Assembly (NCBI GenBank): GCA_965237955.1
Contig: OZ250169.1
Location: 5,952,001 to 6,016,000, forward strand
Length of the DNA: 64,000 bases
Reading direction: 5' to 3'
DNA from: Candidatus Marinacidobacterales bacterium
Lineage (GTDB): Bacteria; Acidobacteriota; Vicinamibacteria; Marinacidobacterales; SMYC01
Below the pieces are notes generated by a model. That model worked only from the letters and a program-made list of their open reading frames with translations. It had not been told where the DNA came from and did no database searches. Below, piece after piece: positions 29,196-41,372 of the stretch (positions are counted from its first letter, which is position 1; the number at the start of each line of letters is the position of its first letter). A program made the translations under genes and the position numbers.

Positions 29196-31121
29196 GGGCC
29201 GCCGACAAAATAACTGTCTAGTTTTGAGCACACTCTTCCTGTTTCAGGTCGTGATCGCGATGTCGTCTGGCATCACGAGAGCCTGGCAAGCTCCCTAGAA
29301 ACGGAACATTTGTAGATCTTCAGCAACCAGCGCGTGTTTGACAAACGGTCCTCATTTTAGGGAGGATTACGCCTATCAAGGAGCACTTCTCCTATTATGA
29401 GACCTACGAGCTATCAGTCTGAAGATCTCGACCGCCTGTTGAGGAAGCACAAAATAGCTACCCTCGATGATTTGAAGGCAGTGTTGGGTACCGATGTGGA
29501 CTCGACCGTCTTCCGAAAGCTCAATGAGTTGGCGTATCGGACAAGCTACTCCCACCGTGGTAGCTACTACACGTTGGACGAGATCGCCCAGTTCGATCGA
29601 AAAGGTCTTTGGTCGTTGCGCTCAGTGTGGTTCTCGAAGTACGGGACGTTGCTTGCGACGGTAAAAGCGTTGGTCGCGGCCTGTGAGGCAGGCTACTACG
29701 TCGACGAGCTCGAGGACGAGGTGCAGGTTGACGTCAAGGCTCCTCTGTTGAAACTGGTCCGAGAGAAAAGATTGGCGCGCGAGCAGGTGTTCGGCCGATA
29801 TCTGTATCTGGCCACCGATGTGAGCACGCGCAAGCAACAGCTCTCGGCCCGCCAGGTACATGAGGCGTCACCTTCCACGTTGGGCTGGGTCGGGGGAGTC
29901 CGCGTGCTCCCCGTGGAGTTGAAGGCTGCGATCGTTCTTTTCTACAGCCTGCTCGATGAAAAGCAGCGCCGTCTCTACGCGGGAGTCGAGGCCATGAAGC
30001 TCGGTCACGGTGGCGACCAACAGATTGCCGAACTGCTCGGGATGGATCCGAGCACGGTAGCCAGAGGTCGTAGGGAATTGCTAATGAGAGATGTTGAGCT
30101 CGACGGAGTTCGGCGAAAGGGTGGCGGACGGCGCGCCGTGCAAAAAAAACGCCAGAAGTCATCGCCAAGATCGAAGAACTCATGAAGCACGACACCGCGG
30201 GCGATCCGATGACGGGAGTGAAATGGACGCGGCGGACCACCGACAAGATTGCTTGCGAGCTAAGAAGCCTCGGTGTGAACGTCAGCAGCAAAACCGTCGG
30301 TCGACTGCTCAAACAGCTCGGCTTCTCGTTGCGGGTGAACCACAAGAAGCTGTGCGGTGCCACGTCCGAAGATCGCGATACCCAATTCGCGTGTATCGCC
30401 GAACTGCGCGAGCGTTTTGCCGCAGCTGGTCATCCCATCATCAGCGTAGACACGAAGAAACGGGAGCTGGTGGGATTATTCAAAAACGGCGGGCAGGCCT
30501 GGAACCGCGAGCCGACTCTCGTCAAAGACCATGACTTCCGTTCCGAATCGAACGGCATCGCAATCCCCTACGGCGTCTACGATCTGCTCGCGAACCGCGG
30601 GACAGTGTTCATTGGTACCTCGTACAACACCCCGGACTTCGCCGTGAATGCCATCGAGAAGTGGTGGCGAACGGAAGGACGGCGACGCTATCCTGCAGCC
30701 CGTGACCTCGCGATATTGGCAGACGCCGGGGGCAGCAATGGCTATCGGTGTCGGGGTTGGAAGCACGGGCTTCAAACGCGGATTTGCAATCGCCACGACA
30801 TCGCTATCACCATAGCCCACTATCCGTCCGGTTCATCCAAGTGGAATCCAGTGGAGCACCGTCTGTTCAGCGAGATCAGCAAGAACTGGGCGGGCAGGCC
30901 TCTCGACAGCTACGAAACCATCCTCAAATACATCCGCACGACCACCACCTCTTCCGGTTTGCGAGTACGCGCACACCTTATCCGGCGTCGTTATCCGAAG
31001 GGCGTCAAAATCACTGACGAGCGGATGCAGGCGCTTTCCGTTACAAAGGACCAGACTCTACCCAAATGGAACTACACCATCCGACCGTCTTGAAAACGGG
31101 AACTTATTTTGTCGCCGGCCC
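29196..31121 (+). mobile_element. ISAzo13-family insertion sequence with 3-bp TSD TTA
   Basis: IRs gggccgccgacaaaataa and ttattttgtcgccggccc. TTA at 29193-95 and 31122-24. Confidence 0.88.
29397..31093 (+). CDS. ISAzo13 transposase in two ORFs, probably joined by a -1 frameshift at the A8 run (30142-30149)
   Basis: ORF1 LDEKQRRLYAG..RKGGGR; ORF2 TAGDPM, ISVDTKKRELVG, ADAGGSNG, SKWNPVEHRLFS, WNYTI. Confidence 0.85.
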
Positions 31122-31148
31122 TTAGGGTATAATTGGAAGAGTCCGAGG

Positions 31149-31397
31149 ATGACCACGAACAAAACCATCGACGCGATTTATGAAGATGGCGTCTTTAAGC
31201 CGAAAGACCCCATCGATTTAGACGAAAGGACCGAAGTCCGCCTGGTCATTCAGCATATCGGCTCCTCGGATGAGGCGATCGCTCTTTTGGAGGCCTGGTC
31301 CGAAGGGGACGCTGTCGAGCAGGCTGAGACCTGGGCCTTTTTGAAGAAAGCACTCGACGAAGACCGTCTTTCCTCGCGCAAACTCTTCGAGAACTGA
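31149..31397 (+). CDS. AF2212/DUF104-like antitoxin
   Basis: TIDAIYEDGVFKP..LDE..EVRL; coupled to a PIN gene. Confidence 0.78.
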   Translation: MTTNKTIDAIYEDGVFKPKDPIDLDERTEVRLVIQHIGSSDEAIALLEAWSEGDAVEQAETWAFLKKALDEDRLSSRKLFEN

Positions 31398-31842
31398 TGA
31401 TCGTCGTCCTGGACACAGGGCCGCTCGGGATGGTCACCCACCCGAGAGCATCCGGCGAAAATAGAGAATGCAGCACCTGGCTCCGGGGAATGCTCGAAGA
31501 CGGCCACCGCATCGTCATCCCGGAAATCTGCGACTACGAGCTTAGACGGGAGCTCGTCCGCGCGACAAGCAGGAGGGCTTGAAACGACTCGATGCTCTGG
31601 CGAGCGCTCTCGTTTATCTTCCCCTAGGTACAGCAGTGATGAGGCACGCAGCTCACCTGTGGGCGCTTGCGCGCAACGAGGGTCGGCCCACGGCCTCCAT
31701 GGACGCGCTCGATGCTGACGTCATACTCGCCGCACAAACGCTTTCCTTGCGGTCTGATGATGAGGCACCCCTCGGCGCGACGACGAACGTCGGCCATCTA
31801 GCGCGATTCGTCGACGCACGAGCGTGGCGCGAGATATCCTAA
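31397..31842 (+). pseudogene. PIN-domain toxin, frameshifted near 31565
   Basis: VLDTGPLG..PEICDYELRREL, then AAHLWALAR..LDADVILAAQ..TTNVGHLARF in the next ORF. Confidence 0.82.
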
Positions 31843-32131
31843 ACGCACTGGCGGGCAAGCATTCACGGCGGCGGAGATCCATGCGGGACGGTCTGAAGAA
31901 TTGGCTGCGCGGATCCTCGTTACGTTGCCCGGCGACTTAGTTGACATGGACCGAAATGATTCCGTGGCGGCTTCCGCTTCAATGTTCAAAGAACGTCGAG
32001 TGACTCATAGTTGTTGTGGACAATCGCCTTCATGTATCCCCGCCATCGTTAACTGGTCGAAGCGAGTCCCTCGTGAACGAGTTGGTCACTCGGTGGCGAT
32101 CAGCCAGAGTCCGAGACATTAGGGAGCAAAG

Positions 32132-33792
32132 ATGGCTTACTCACGTCCCCATCATCGCAGAGGTCGTTCACGGATCGAGCCGGATGTTCAGGGAGCCCTC
32201 GCTGTCATGAGTGCGGAGGAGCTTCGCTCGTTTGTCCAAGAGGCCCTCGAGCAACTCGACGACAGACCGCGGACCGCGCTCGTGGATGCCTTGATCGCGC
32301 GTGCGGCGAAAGGTAACTCTGGCTGGAAGCCGTCCTCGCCAGGCAACGAGATCGTCCGCGAGGTCGAAACGTTCACCGCCGCCGTGCGCCGCATCGGGTA
32401 CGCCGCGCCCGAGCAAATCGATGACTACCTCCGCCAGGGAATGAAGGCGTTTCTCGGAGGCGACTACGCGACAGCGCGGGCGATCTACCAAGCCCTCTTG
32501 CCGCCGATCGCCGAGGCCGACATCGATCTAGGTCAGCATGAGTTGGTCGACGAGGTGTTGACCGTCCGCGTGCACGATTGCGCTGCCCAGTATCTGGTGA
32601 CGGTTTACGCAGCCACGCCGCTCGAAGCCCGTCCGGAGGCTCTGTGGCGGGCCATTGGCGCGGTCGACGGCATCAGCACGTTCTGGGAGCCGCTCGGAGA
32701 AATGGAGCGTGTCGCGCCCGAACCGCTGCCTGAGCTAGACGCCTTCCTTCCGCGTTGGTTGGCGCGCGTCGAGCGAGAGCCTAGCTCGGAGAACGAGTGG
32801 GAGGACCATCGTGATCGTTGGCTGCGGGAGGCCGCGGAGCGCCTCGAAGGGGTGGCCGGTCTCGCACGGCTTGCACGCCAGACAGGAAGGCCCGAGGCAC
32901 TTCGCGCTTGGTGCTCAGCGCTTGCCGACCGCGGAGAGTGGGCCGACGCGCTCGGTGCTTACAAAGAGGCTGTAGAGGTTGTTGGGAAGTCGCACTCGCG
33001 AGGTGGCTTTCTCGACGGTGCGGCGCTTGCTGCGCAGCAGCTCGGGCGGCGCGACGCCACCAAGTGTCTCGAGGCCGCGTGGCTCGGCGCGCCGTCTATG
33101 GTTCGCCTCCTGCGTTGGCTCGGCGCCGGGAGCCGAGCGCTTCGACGCTGGGAAAGCGCGTCGTAGCGGCGACCCAGAGTTGCCCTGCTGAGGCCGCGCG
33201 ACAACGCGGCCTGCTCCACATCCTGGCAGGCGATGTGAAGGCTGCGGCAAAGCTTCTTGCTAAAGCGCCGGGACTCGGGTGGTCGAGTGAGGACCACCCG
33301 GGTCCGCTGCTCTTCCCGGCATTCGCTGAGTTCCTTGCAGATGGAACCGAAGCGAAGCTCAGCAACGAGCTGTTCGACGGCCTGAAGGATACCCACGTCG
33401 ACATTTTCTCGATGGATTGGGACGATGGCAATGGGATATCCGCGAAACCCGAGCTCAGAACGCCGACGGTTGCGGAATTGATCGAGCTCGCCCGGCCAGC
33501 CGCGCGCATCGACCCAAACCACTTTGTCGTGATGCTCGAGGGCATGCAGTGCGCCGCCACGCGACGAACCGAGGGTGTCCTCGTCAACAAACGCCGTCGC
33601 CACTACGGCCACGCCGCCATGCTCATTGCCTGCTGCCTCGAGCTCGCGTCGATCGTGGGCCAGAAAGAGGCCGTGTCGGCCATGTCGGAATGGGTCGCTG
33701 AGCTCCGCCGTGCGTACAAGCGCTTTCCCGCGTTTCAGCGCGAGCTCGAGGACGCTCTTGCGATGCGGAGCACGAGGCAGCGATCGCGATGA
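32132..33792 (+). pseudogene. Large alpha-helical hypothetical protein, frameshift near 33130
   Basis: ORFs 32132-33166 and the 3' part of 32818-33792 form one gene with an RBS; C-terminal RRRHYGHAA..RFPAFQREL. Confidence 0.6.
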
Positions 33793-34775
33793 GAGGCTTG
33801 CTCCCGGTGCTCGCTCCTCGGTCGAGCTCGGCTTTGACGGCATCGAAGTCGAATGCTCCGTACGAGAGCAATAGGCTATCCGCATACTCGATCGAAGGAC
33901 TGACCGGCGACTTCGTCACCGTTGAAGGATTTGCGTTCGGCTTTATCGATGAGACGCGTTGGGCACTCGTCAACGTCGATGCCGACGGGCTCGTCGTCGA
34001 GGAGATGGCGCTCGACGGGTCGAAGAGAACGGTGGCGTCAGGCCTCCCACACCTCCTGAGTATCAATTTCATCGTGGAAGGCGCTCGTGGGAGGTGGCGA
34101 CTCGAAGGCAGCGAGGGTGAGTCATCGGAGCTCGTCGTCGTGGATGGCTCGATCGGCTCGAGCGAAACCGAGATACTTCGATTCACCTACGACGAAGAGT
34201 CGACCACGGGCTACGGCATCGTCACGCCAGACGGCAGAATCTTTCAGACCACCTACGATGTTTCCGACGTCCAGAGACGAATCGATCTGTTCAGTGTTCT
34301 CCCGTGGCTTCTGCACGCACAGGGATCGTCGATGTCGATGCCGACGAGCCTCGGTATCAGAACACCCGACGGAGCTTTCGAGCGATTGGCGACCGTTTCG
34401 AAACTCGTTTCGTGTCTGGAAAGACCACCGAGCGACACCGTAATCTACTGCATCGGGTACGATTCCGAGAACACCGAGCTTTGGTCCTTCGCATCGGACG
34501 AAAAACACTTCGAAGCCATTGGAACGCTCTCCGGTGGTTTCTACCAGGGAGATGTGATCTCTGAGAACGAGATCGTACTGAGCTTCGGTAATCAGTTTGT
34601 CGTCGTGAGTCAGGACTCGAAGACTGCGGTGCGACTGCTCGTGCCTGAGGCGGATGAGGACATCGATTGGTACGCTAGCACGTTCCGCGCGGGAAAACTC
34701 GCGGTGTCCGGGACCGACGACGAATCCGGATCGAGCAAAATAACGGTGTACGAGCTGAAGCGAAACGAACCGTAA
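33789..34775 (+). CDS. Hypothetical acidic beta-rich protein, probably N-terminally truncated
   Basis: Long ORF with protein-like composition; start region unconvincing. Confidence 0.5.
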   Translation: MRGLLPVLAPRSSSALTASKSNAPYESNRLSAYSIEGLTGDFVTVEGFAFGFIDETRWALVNVDADGLVVEEMALDGSKRTVASGLPHLLSINFIVEGARGRWRLEGSEGESSELVVVDGSIGSSETEILRFTYDEESTTGYGIVTPDGRIFQTTYDVSDVQRRIDLFSVLPWLLHAQGSSMSMPTSLGIRTPDGAFERLATVSKLVSCLERPPSDTVIYCIGYDSENTELWSFASDEKHFEAIGTLSGGFYQGDVISENEIVLSFGNQFVVVSQDSKTAVRLLVPEADEDIDWYASTFRAGKLAVSGTDDESGSSKITVYELKRNEP

Positions 34776-35015
34776 GCAGCGACCGGGAGGACCGTGGATG
34801 GAGTCGAGGTGGTTCTACACATCACCGCTCAATCACGACAACAGCAACGAATGAGACGCGCTGTCTCAACGTCTCGGGATAGCGATCGAGGAAACGTGCC
34901 CAGGCGTTTCGCTAACACTCGGTAGAGAGCCGATCTTCGGGTACCGAGGGAGCACCATGCCTTCCCCCACCGGCGCTCGTTAGATCCTGCCGCCACGCGA
35001 CGCCATTCCATCTGT

Positions 35016-35044
35016 TTGCCATGTATTACGTTATACGTTATAAT
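35016..35044 (+). promoter_or_regulatory. higBA promoter with overlapping operator-like inverted repeat
   Basis: TTGCCA - 17 bp - TATAAT; TATTACG-ttata-CGTTATA overlaps the spacer and -10. Confidence 0.72.
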
Positions 35045-35221
35045 CGCCAGCGTAATCCGGTCCTTCACTGGAAAGGGCGCTCGAGATGTTTTTGACGGCG
35101 CCAGCTCATCGGCCGCACGGAAATGCTGTCCAATCGAGCTGTGGCCAGTTGCGCGGCGTAAGTTGGATCAGCTCAACCAGGCCCAGGTGCTTGACGATCT
35201 TCAAGTACCTCCGGGCAATCG

Positions 35222-36678
35222 GGAGATGTCCCGGCCGCTGTTGAATTTGGTCGGGTAGCGGCGGCACCTGTGAATACTCTTAGGCAGCAACCTCATCGCT
35301 GTCAAGAGATTTCTGTTTGCTTCTAAGCGCGTGAACGAGAGCGCCCATATGGCGATAGCCTTTGATACGGTGAAACTTTTTCTCCGCCGTGACGACGCCG
35401 AGAGCGGTCCATCGGCGAATCATGGAAGGACTCTTCCACCGCTTGACGTTTCTCGAGACTCTGCGGATGGTGCCGTTGAGATTCTCGATGGCGTTTGTCG
35501 TGGCCAGAGATTTGCGAAGTAACTCGGGTAGAGCGAGCTTCACAACCGTGAGGGTCTCTTCCATCCCTTCGCGAAGGCTTCCGGCAGCTTCGTCGTAGCC
35601 GTTTCGCTCGAGCCACGACACCAATGCCTGAAGTCGCTTGCGCGCCTTGTCGGCACTCTTGCATTTGTACGCTTCCTTCATTGTCTGGAGCACGTAGGCG
35701 TGACGGGACTTGGGAAGGTACGAGCGTAGATTTCGTAGTTTGTGGAGCTGGCATCTTTGGATAACCGCGAGATCCCCAAAAACGTCGACGAGTTCTTTGC
35801 GGATCCCTTTGCCTCCGTCCACTACGCAGAGAATCGATTCGTCGATCCGCAATCCCCGCTCGAGAAGGTTCTGCAACATCGCGGTGCACACCGAGTTTTC
35901 CGTCGAGCCCAGCCATATACCCAAGGGCACCTTCGTTCCATCTATTGTGATACCGAGAGTTACGACGACGGTCTGTCCGGCCACCTCAAGGCCATCCAGC
36001 ATCAGTGCCGCAAGCTCGAACTCCTCTAGCCGCCGAGACAGGTATTCCTCGAGCTTCTTAGTCGTCTGGCTCACGAGGTGACGGCTGGCGGCACTCTTGC
36101 TCGTGCCACGAGACTTCAACTTCGCCGAGGGTTTTGTCCAGACTCGATTCGTAATTTCGGGTCGATACCCCCACCAAGATCTGGTTCAGCACTCGCTCCG
36201 GAAGCGGGTCTTCTTCGCGGAAGGCTTCGAAGTGTGGAAGCGACGCCTCCTCGCCCGACTTCGAACGAACTCGAGGTCGCGACACTTGGATTCGACGACC
36301 GCCGAAGCTCAGCTCCCCATCCGTGCTCCCCCAGTGGTTATGAGTTCGCTCCTTCTCGTGCTTGCCCTTCGGCCCCGCGATCTTCTCCGCGTCCTCTCTC
36401 AGGAGTAGGTGCAATGCGGTCAGTCCTTGCTCGTACACCCATTCCGTCAGGTCCGCCTTCGTGGCCGCGATCCCAGCTATCATCGGTAGCAGTATCTGAC
36501 CGACTTGGCCAACTACCTTGCCCGTAGGCGAGTGCGTTTGCTTTCTTACTGGCTTCTTTGATTTCCTTGGCATGGTGGCTCCTTGTCCCCTCTGGAGACG
36601 GTTGGTTTGGCAGACCTATTCTTAGGCCGGCCAAGGAGCCGCCGCTACCCCAAATTCAACATCCGGCGGGACATCCCC
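35222..36678 (-). mobile_element. IS256-family insertion sequence with 8-bp TSD GGCAATCG
   Basis: IRs ggagatgtcccggccgctgttgaatttgg and ccaaattcaacatccggcgggacatcccc. TSD at 35214-21 and 36679-86. Confidence 0.92.
35280..36573 (-). pseudogene. IS256 transposase, frameshifted near 36120
   Basis: GVSTRNY in ORF 36058-36573; MLDG, VVDGGKG, QRCQLHK and TTNAIE in ORF 35280-36119. Confidence 0.87.
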
Positions 36679-36829
36679 GGCAATCGGCTCGAACGATTAA
36701 AAGGAGATCGAAAGGGACAGTGTAGTATTCGCATCAATCAGCAGTACCGAGTCTGCTTCAAATGGACCGATCGGGGACCGGAAGACGTGGAAATCATCGA
36801 CTACCATCGGTAGGTCACAGGAGCTCGTT

Positions 36830-37135
36830 ATGACAACGTTACCGAAACATCGCGCGCCGACACATCCTGGCGAAATGCTGCTCGAAGAGTTTCTCGAGCC
36901 GTTTGGGATGACTCAGAGTAGCTTGGCAGAGCTCATTCACGTCTCCTACCCGAGAGTGAACGAGATCATCAACGGCAAGCGAGGTATTACCCCTGACACC
37001 GCCTTACGGCTGGCTCGACTGTTTGGCACGACTCCGGAGTTCTGGCTGAACGGTCAACGCAACTGGGACCTGTGGCATGCGATGCGATCACCGGAGGCAC
37101 GCGATCTCGACAAAATAAAGCCTGTATCCGCTTGA
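36830..37135 (+). CDS. higA: HigA antitoxin
   Basis: PTHPGEMLLEEFL..RVNEIINGKRGITPDTALRLARLFGTTPEFWLN. Confidence 0.94.
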   Translation: MTTLPKHRAPTHPGEMLLEEFLEPFGMTQSSLAELIHVSYPRVNEIINGKRGITPDTALRLARLFGTTPEFWLNGQRNWDLWHAMRSPEARDLDKIKPVSA

Positions 37136-37343
37136 CCGGGGTCGGACTGACCAGACGGCTGTTTCATTTGTCGAACCGGCGGCGATCCGGTACATTCGTT
37201 GCGCGATGGCGCGATCGTTTCCCAGCCCGCCGCCCCACTTTAGGCGATACGATCCCATGAACTTCGGCGGGCCCTCCGGACAGACCGGCGGCAAACTCGT
37301 ACGCGCTTTGACCCATCCACCCGATGTCCAAGGAGCATGGACG

Positions 37344-37841
37344 ATGAGCAACGTGACATTGAATGTGAACGGTACGAACCATACCGTGGATATCGACCCT
37401 TCGACTCGACTGCTCTACGTCCTGCGAAACGATCTCGGCTTGCGGGGCCCGCGGTTTGGTTGCGGACTCGGCCAGTGCGGAGCGTGCACGGTGATCATCG
37501 ACGGTGTGGCGACTCGGTCGTGTGTCATGCCGACGTCCCGAGTCGAAGGCGAGATCACCACGCTCGAAGGACTCGCCCAAGACGGCACGCTGCACCCGGT
37601 GCAGCAGGCGTGGATCGACGAGCAGGTTCCACAATGTGGTTTCTGCCAGAACGGGCAGATCATGACGGCCAAGGCGCTTCTGGACCGAAATCCGAATCCG
37701 ACGGACGCCGAAATCCGTAAGGGTATGGCCAGAGCCCTGTGCCGGTGTATGACCTACTACCGGATCCAGAAGGCGGTCAAACGTGCCGCGGGAGGATCGT
37801 CGGCTGCTGACGCCAAGTCCGACAGTAAGGTGGTGGGCTGA
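37344..37841 (+). CDS. (2Fe-2S)-binding small subunit of a xanthine-dehydrogenase-family molybdoenzyme
   Basis: GCGLGQCGACTV, QCGFCQNG, LCRC; RBS AAGGAG. Confidence 0.92.
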   Translation: MSNVTLNVNGTNHTVDIDPSTRLLYVLRNDLGLRGPRFGCGLGQCGACTVIIDGVATRSCVMPTSRVEGEITTLEGLAQDGTLHPVQQAWIDEQVPQCGFCQNGQIMTAKALLDRNPNPTDAEIRKGMARALCRCMTYYRIQKAVKRAAGGSSAADAKSDSKVVG

Positions 37842-40267
37842 TGACATCCTTCACGAGTATCCCGAAAGCGATCCCCAAACAAATCAAAGACGCGCTGGAG
37901 CGGCGGAGCGCCGGGACCTCCCGGAGAGATTTCCTCAAGACGTCGGGTGTCTTTGTGTGGTGAGCTTCGGCGCGACGGCCGTCTCCCCCGCCGGCTCGCT
38001 CGTTGCCGCTGCGCAGGGTGAAGCGGCGAAAACCCAGGCCGCGGGACCGTATCCCGAGCCCGACTTCAGGCAACTCGATTCGTGGATCGTCATTCATGAG
38101 AACAATACGGCGACCTTTTTCGTTGGTAAGACGGATTGCGGCCAGGGGACGGGAACCGCGTTTCGGCAGATGATGTCCGACGAGCTGGATATCGCCTACG
38201 ACGACACCGACGTCATCATGGGCAGCACCGACGTCACCCCGGACCAGGGGGGATCCGGCGGCTCCGATGCGATACAGAGAGATGGTTGGCCGATGCGAAG
38301 GGTGGCCGCCGAGGCCAGACGCGTCTTGCTGGAGCTGGCCTCCAAGCGGTTCGGGGTGCCTCCCGAGAATATTGACGAGCTAAACGTCAGCGACGCGGTG
38401 ATCACGCTGAAGTCGGACCCCTCGAAGAGAGTCACCTACGCGGAGCTGATCGATGGGAAGCAGTTCAATGTCACGTTGACTGGCGATAACGTCAACGAGA
38501 CCACCGGCCGAGCCGTGGTCAAGCCGGTGCAAGAGCTCGAAAACGTCGGCCAGTCTCTAGAGCGCTACGACATTCCACCCAAGGTGGACGGGTCGCTGAC
38601 ATGGGCGGTGGATGTCAAGCTTCCCGGAATGGTGCATGCACGGAACGTCAGGCCGCCGGTGGTCGGCGCGAAACTCATCAGCATCGACGAGTCTTCCGTC
38701 AAGGAGCTGCCAGGATTCATCCGAGTGGTCAGCAAAGGCAACTATGTGGCGGTGGTCTGCGAGCGCGAAGAGCAGGCGATCGACGCCTCCAGAAAACTCA
38801 AAGTCGATTGGGAGAAGCCAGCGGCTGCGCCGTTTCCGACCTCCGAAGAGCTGTACGGGTACATGCGCGGCGCAACGCCCATGTCGAGCTTGGATCCGGA
38901 TGTGGTGGGAGATCCAGACGCGGCGCTCGAGAGCGCAGCGACGGTTATCGAAGCCGAGTACGACTTCCCTTTCCAAGGGCACACTGCCTTCGGTCCAGCC
39001 CATGCCCTGGCCGACCCGTCTGACGGTCAGATGACGATCTACTCCAACGACATGAAATCCTACGGCATGCGGCGCGGGGTCGCTGAGTTTCTTGGGATGC
39101 TAAAGGATCGGGTGCGCGTGGTGTGGATGGAAGGCCCTCAGTCCTACGGACGCACGGCCGCAGACGATGCCGGCTTCGAGGCAGCATTTCTGACGAAAGA
39201 GATCGGCCGGCCGGTTCGCGTGCAGTGGATGCGGGACGAAGAGACTGCGTGGGACACGAAGGGTCCCGCCTATACGTTCAGGTTACGTGGAGGGTTGGAC
39301 GCCGAGGGTAACCTCGTTGCGTTCGATTACGACGCTCAGAGCGCCGACTACAATCACGTCGGATACAACGAGGTCGAGACCGTCTTGATCTCACAACTCA
39401 TGGGAACGAGGCTAAAGACGCCGAACAGCGGCCGGGCGACAACACCCTCGGACTTGTATGCGATCCCGAACAGGCGCATGTCGGCGCAGGTCGTGCGCCT
39501 TCCCGAGGTCTGGGAAACGCCGCTTCGAACCGGGAACCTTCGGGATCCGAACGGACCCCAGGTGAGCTTCGCCTCCGAATCGTTCATGGACGAGCTTGCG
39601 GTGGCGGCGCACGCCGATCCGGTCGCATTTCGACTAGAGCTGCTCACCGCCAGCACCGACGACGACAGCGGGTTCAAACGAGCGCGCTCGATCGCGGTCA
39701 TTCGCGCGGCCGCGGATGCCTACGGCTGGGGATACCCGTGTCTCGCCGAAACCACGCGACGGTGACGGCGAAGCCATCTTGACGGGGCGTGGAATGGCGT
39801 ACTCCTACCGCAGCCAGACAGTGGTCGCGGAGATTGCCGAGGTCGAGGTGAATCGCGAAACCGGTCACGTCTGGGTCAAACGGCTCGTGTGCGCGCACGA
39901 CTGCGGCCTGGTCATCAACCCCGAAGGGTTGCGCGGCACGATCGAGGGCGGGATGCTCCACTCGCTGAGCCGCGCGCTCCACGAGGAGGTGCGCTTCGAC
40001 ACCGAAAGGGTCACGAGTGTGGATTGGCGTTCTCATCCCAGCCTCACTCATGCCGACACGCCGGCCGCGATCGACGTCGTCCTGGTCAACGGAGATCCCA
40101 ATCCGGACCGGCCCGATCTGCCGCACTACGGAGCCGGCGAAGCGGTATGCAAACCGCTGGTTGCGGCAGTCGCCAACGCCATCTACGACGCGACTGGAGT
40201 TCGTCTTCGCCGGGTTCCCTTCCGAGACGAGCGCGTGCTCGCAGAGCTCGAGGCCGCAGGCGTGTAG
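37841..40267 (+). pseudogene. Tat-exported molybdopterin-binding large subunit (IorB/NicB-like), frameshifts near 37955 and 39730
   Basis: SRRDFLK Tat motif from ATG 37841; GKTDCGQG, WMRDEE, LRDP, AHDCGLVINP and GAGE motifs. Confidence 0.85.
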
Positions 40268-40497
40268 GCAAGTCAGGCAGATAAGTGAAGCGGACTGCGG
40301 CGTCTAGCCGTGCGGGCGCGACTATTACCTGAACACCGACCTGACGAGGGCCGTGTTCCCGCGCGGCCGGGATGATACAAAGGTCTTATTTCACGTCGGG
40401 GAGCCCGGAAAATGATGCTGAAAAACGACAGGAACAGCCCGGTTGCACGGCTCTAGCGTGGGCTCTAGACTGGAGCGAGACTGCATCGAGGACGCTA

Positions 40498-40696
40498 ATG
40501 CCCAGTGTTACCTATCCCCACATCGAAGTTACCTCCGAGGGAGTCGCCTATGTCGCAGGCACCCGGACGAAGGTGCTTGAAGTTGCGCTCGATCGCATTG
40601 CGCATCACTGGGACGCAGATGAAATCCATCGGCAGCATCCGCACCTGAGTTTGGGGCAGATCTACGCCGCGCTTGCTTATTACTTTGACCACAAGG
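40498..40696 (+). pseudogene. DUF433 antitoxin, truncated; partner toxin absent
   Basis: YVAGTRTKV..HPHLSLGQIYAALAYYFDHK, then an abrupt junction. Confidence 0.78.
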
Positions 40697-41104
40697 GATT
40701 CGCTTTTCCCTGCCACCGAATCGCGTCGGTATGATAGTCGCCTCGAGGAACGCTTTGCCCGTGACATGGCTCGGATCGCGCCCGATTGGGACGAGATCCG
40801 GGAGCCCGAAGCCGTGCCCGCCGCGGGCAAGCTTGTTTTTCCCGACTTCCTTCTGCGCCACCGTCTGGATCCGGCCCGGGCGTGGCTCGTTGAGATTGTT
40901 GGGTTCTGGACACCAGACTACCTTTCCCGTAAGCTCGCGGGTCTGCGTGCTGCTCGTATCCCCAACCTCATTCTTTGCGTCGACGAAGAGCGGCAGTGCT
41001 CCGAAGCAGACCTTCCGGAGAACACCCCTGTCGTCCGCTTCCGGAGGCGAATCGACGTGGCAAAGCTGATGGAAGTTCTGGAGGCATCGGATGGTTGTAC
41101 GTGA
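40697..41104 (+). pseudogene. DUF790-family nuclease, C-terminal fragment
   Basis: YDSRLEERFA..WDEIREPE..FPDF..VEIVGFWTPDYL. Confidence 0.78.
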
Positions 41105-41372
41105 GTGGAGCGTTCATTATCGTTCGCTTCTGGCACGGCTCTTCCTCCCGAAACGCTACGTCGCCATCACGCTGTCGAACCACGTCCTCACGCGCGAGAC
41201 GAGCCTCGACGAGCGCGTCCTCCGCCACGAGTGGGTGCATGTGGAGCAATGGCGCCGTTACGGATTGTTTGGATTCCTCGTCCGATACCTCTGGTACCAC
41301 TTCAAGTGCGGCTACGACTCAAACCCGTTCGAAATCGAGGCACGCGAGGCGGAGAAGAGCCTCCCGGGTTAG
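41091..41372 (+). CDS. Small HEXXH (DUF4157-like) protein, possibly truncated
   Basis: AITL..LRHEWVHVEQW..NPFEIEAR. Confidence 0.65.
   Translation: MVVREWSVHYRSLLARLFLPKRYVAITLSNHVLTRETSLDERVLRHEWVHVEQWRRYGLFGFLVRYLWYHFKCGYDSNPFEIEAREAEKSLPG

Larger units (their letters stand above)
35052..36813 (+). pseudogene. higB: HigB (RelE/ParE-family) toxin split by IS256
   Basis: IRSF..ARRKLDQLN..LDDLQVPPGNR | [33 protein letters not shown]. Start codon reads GTA. Confidence 0.9.
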
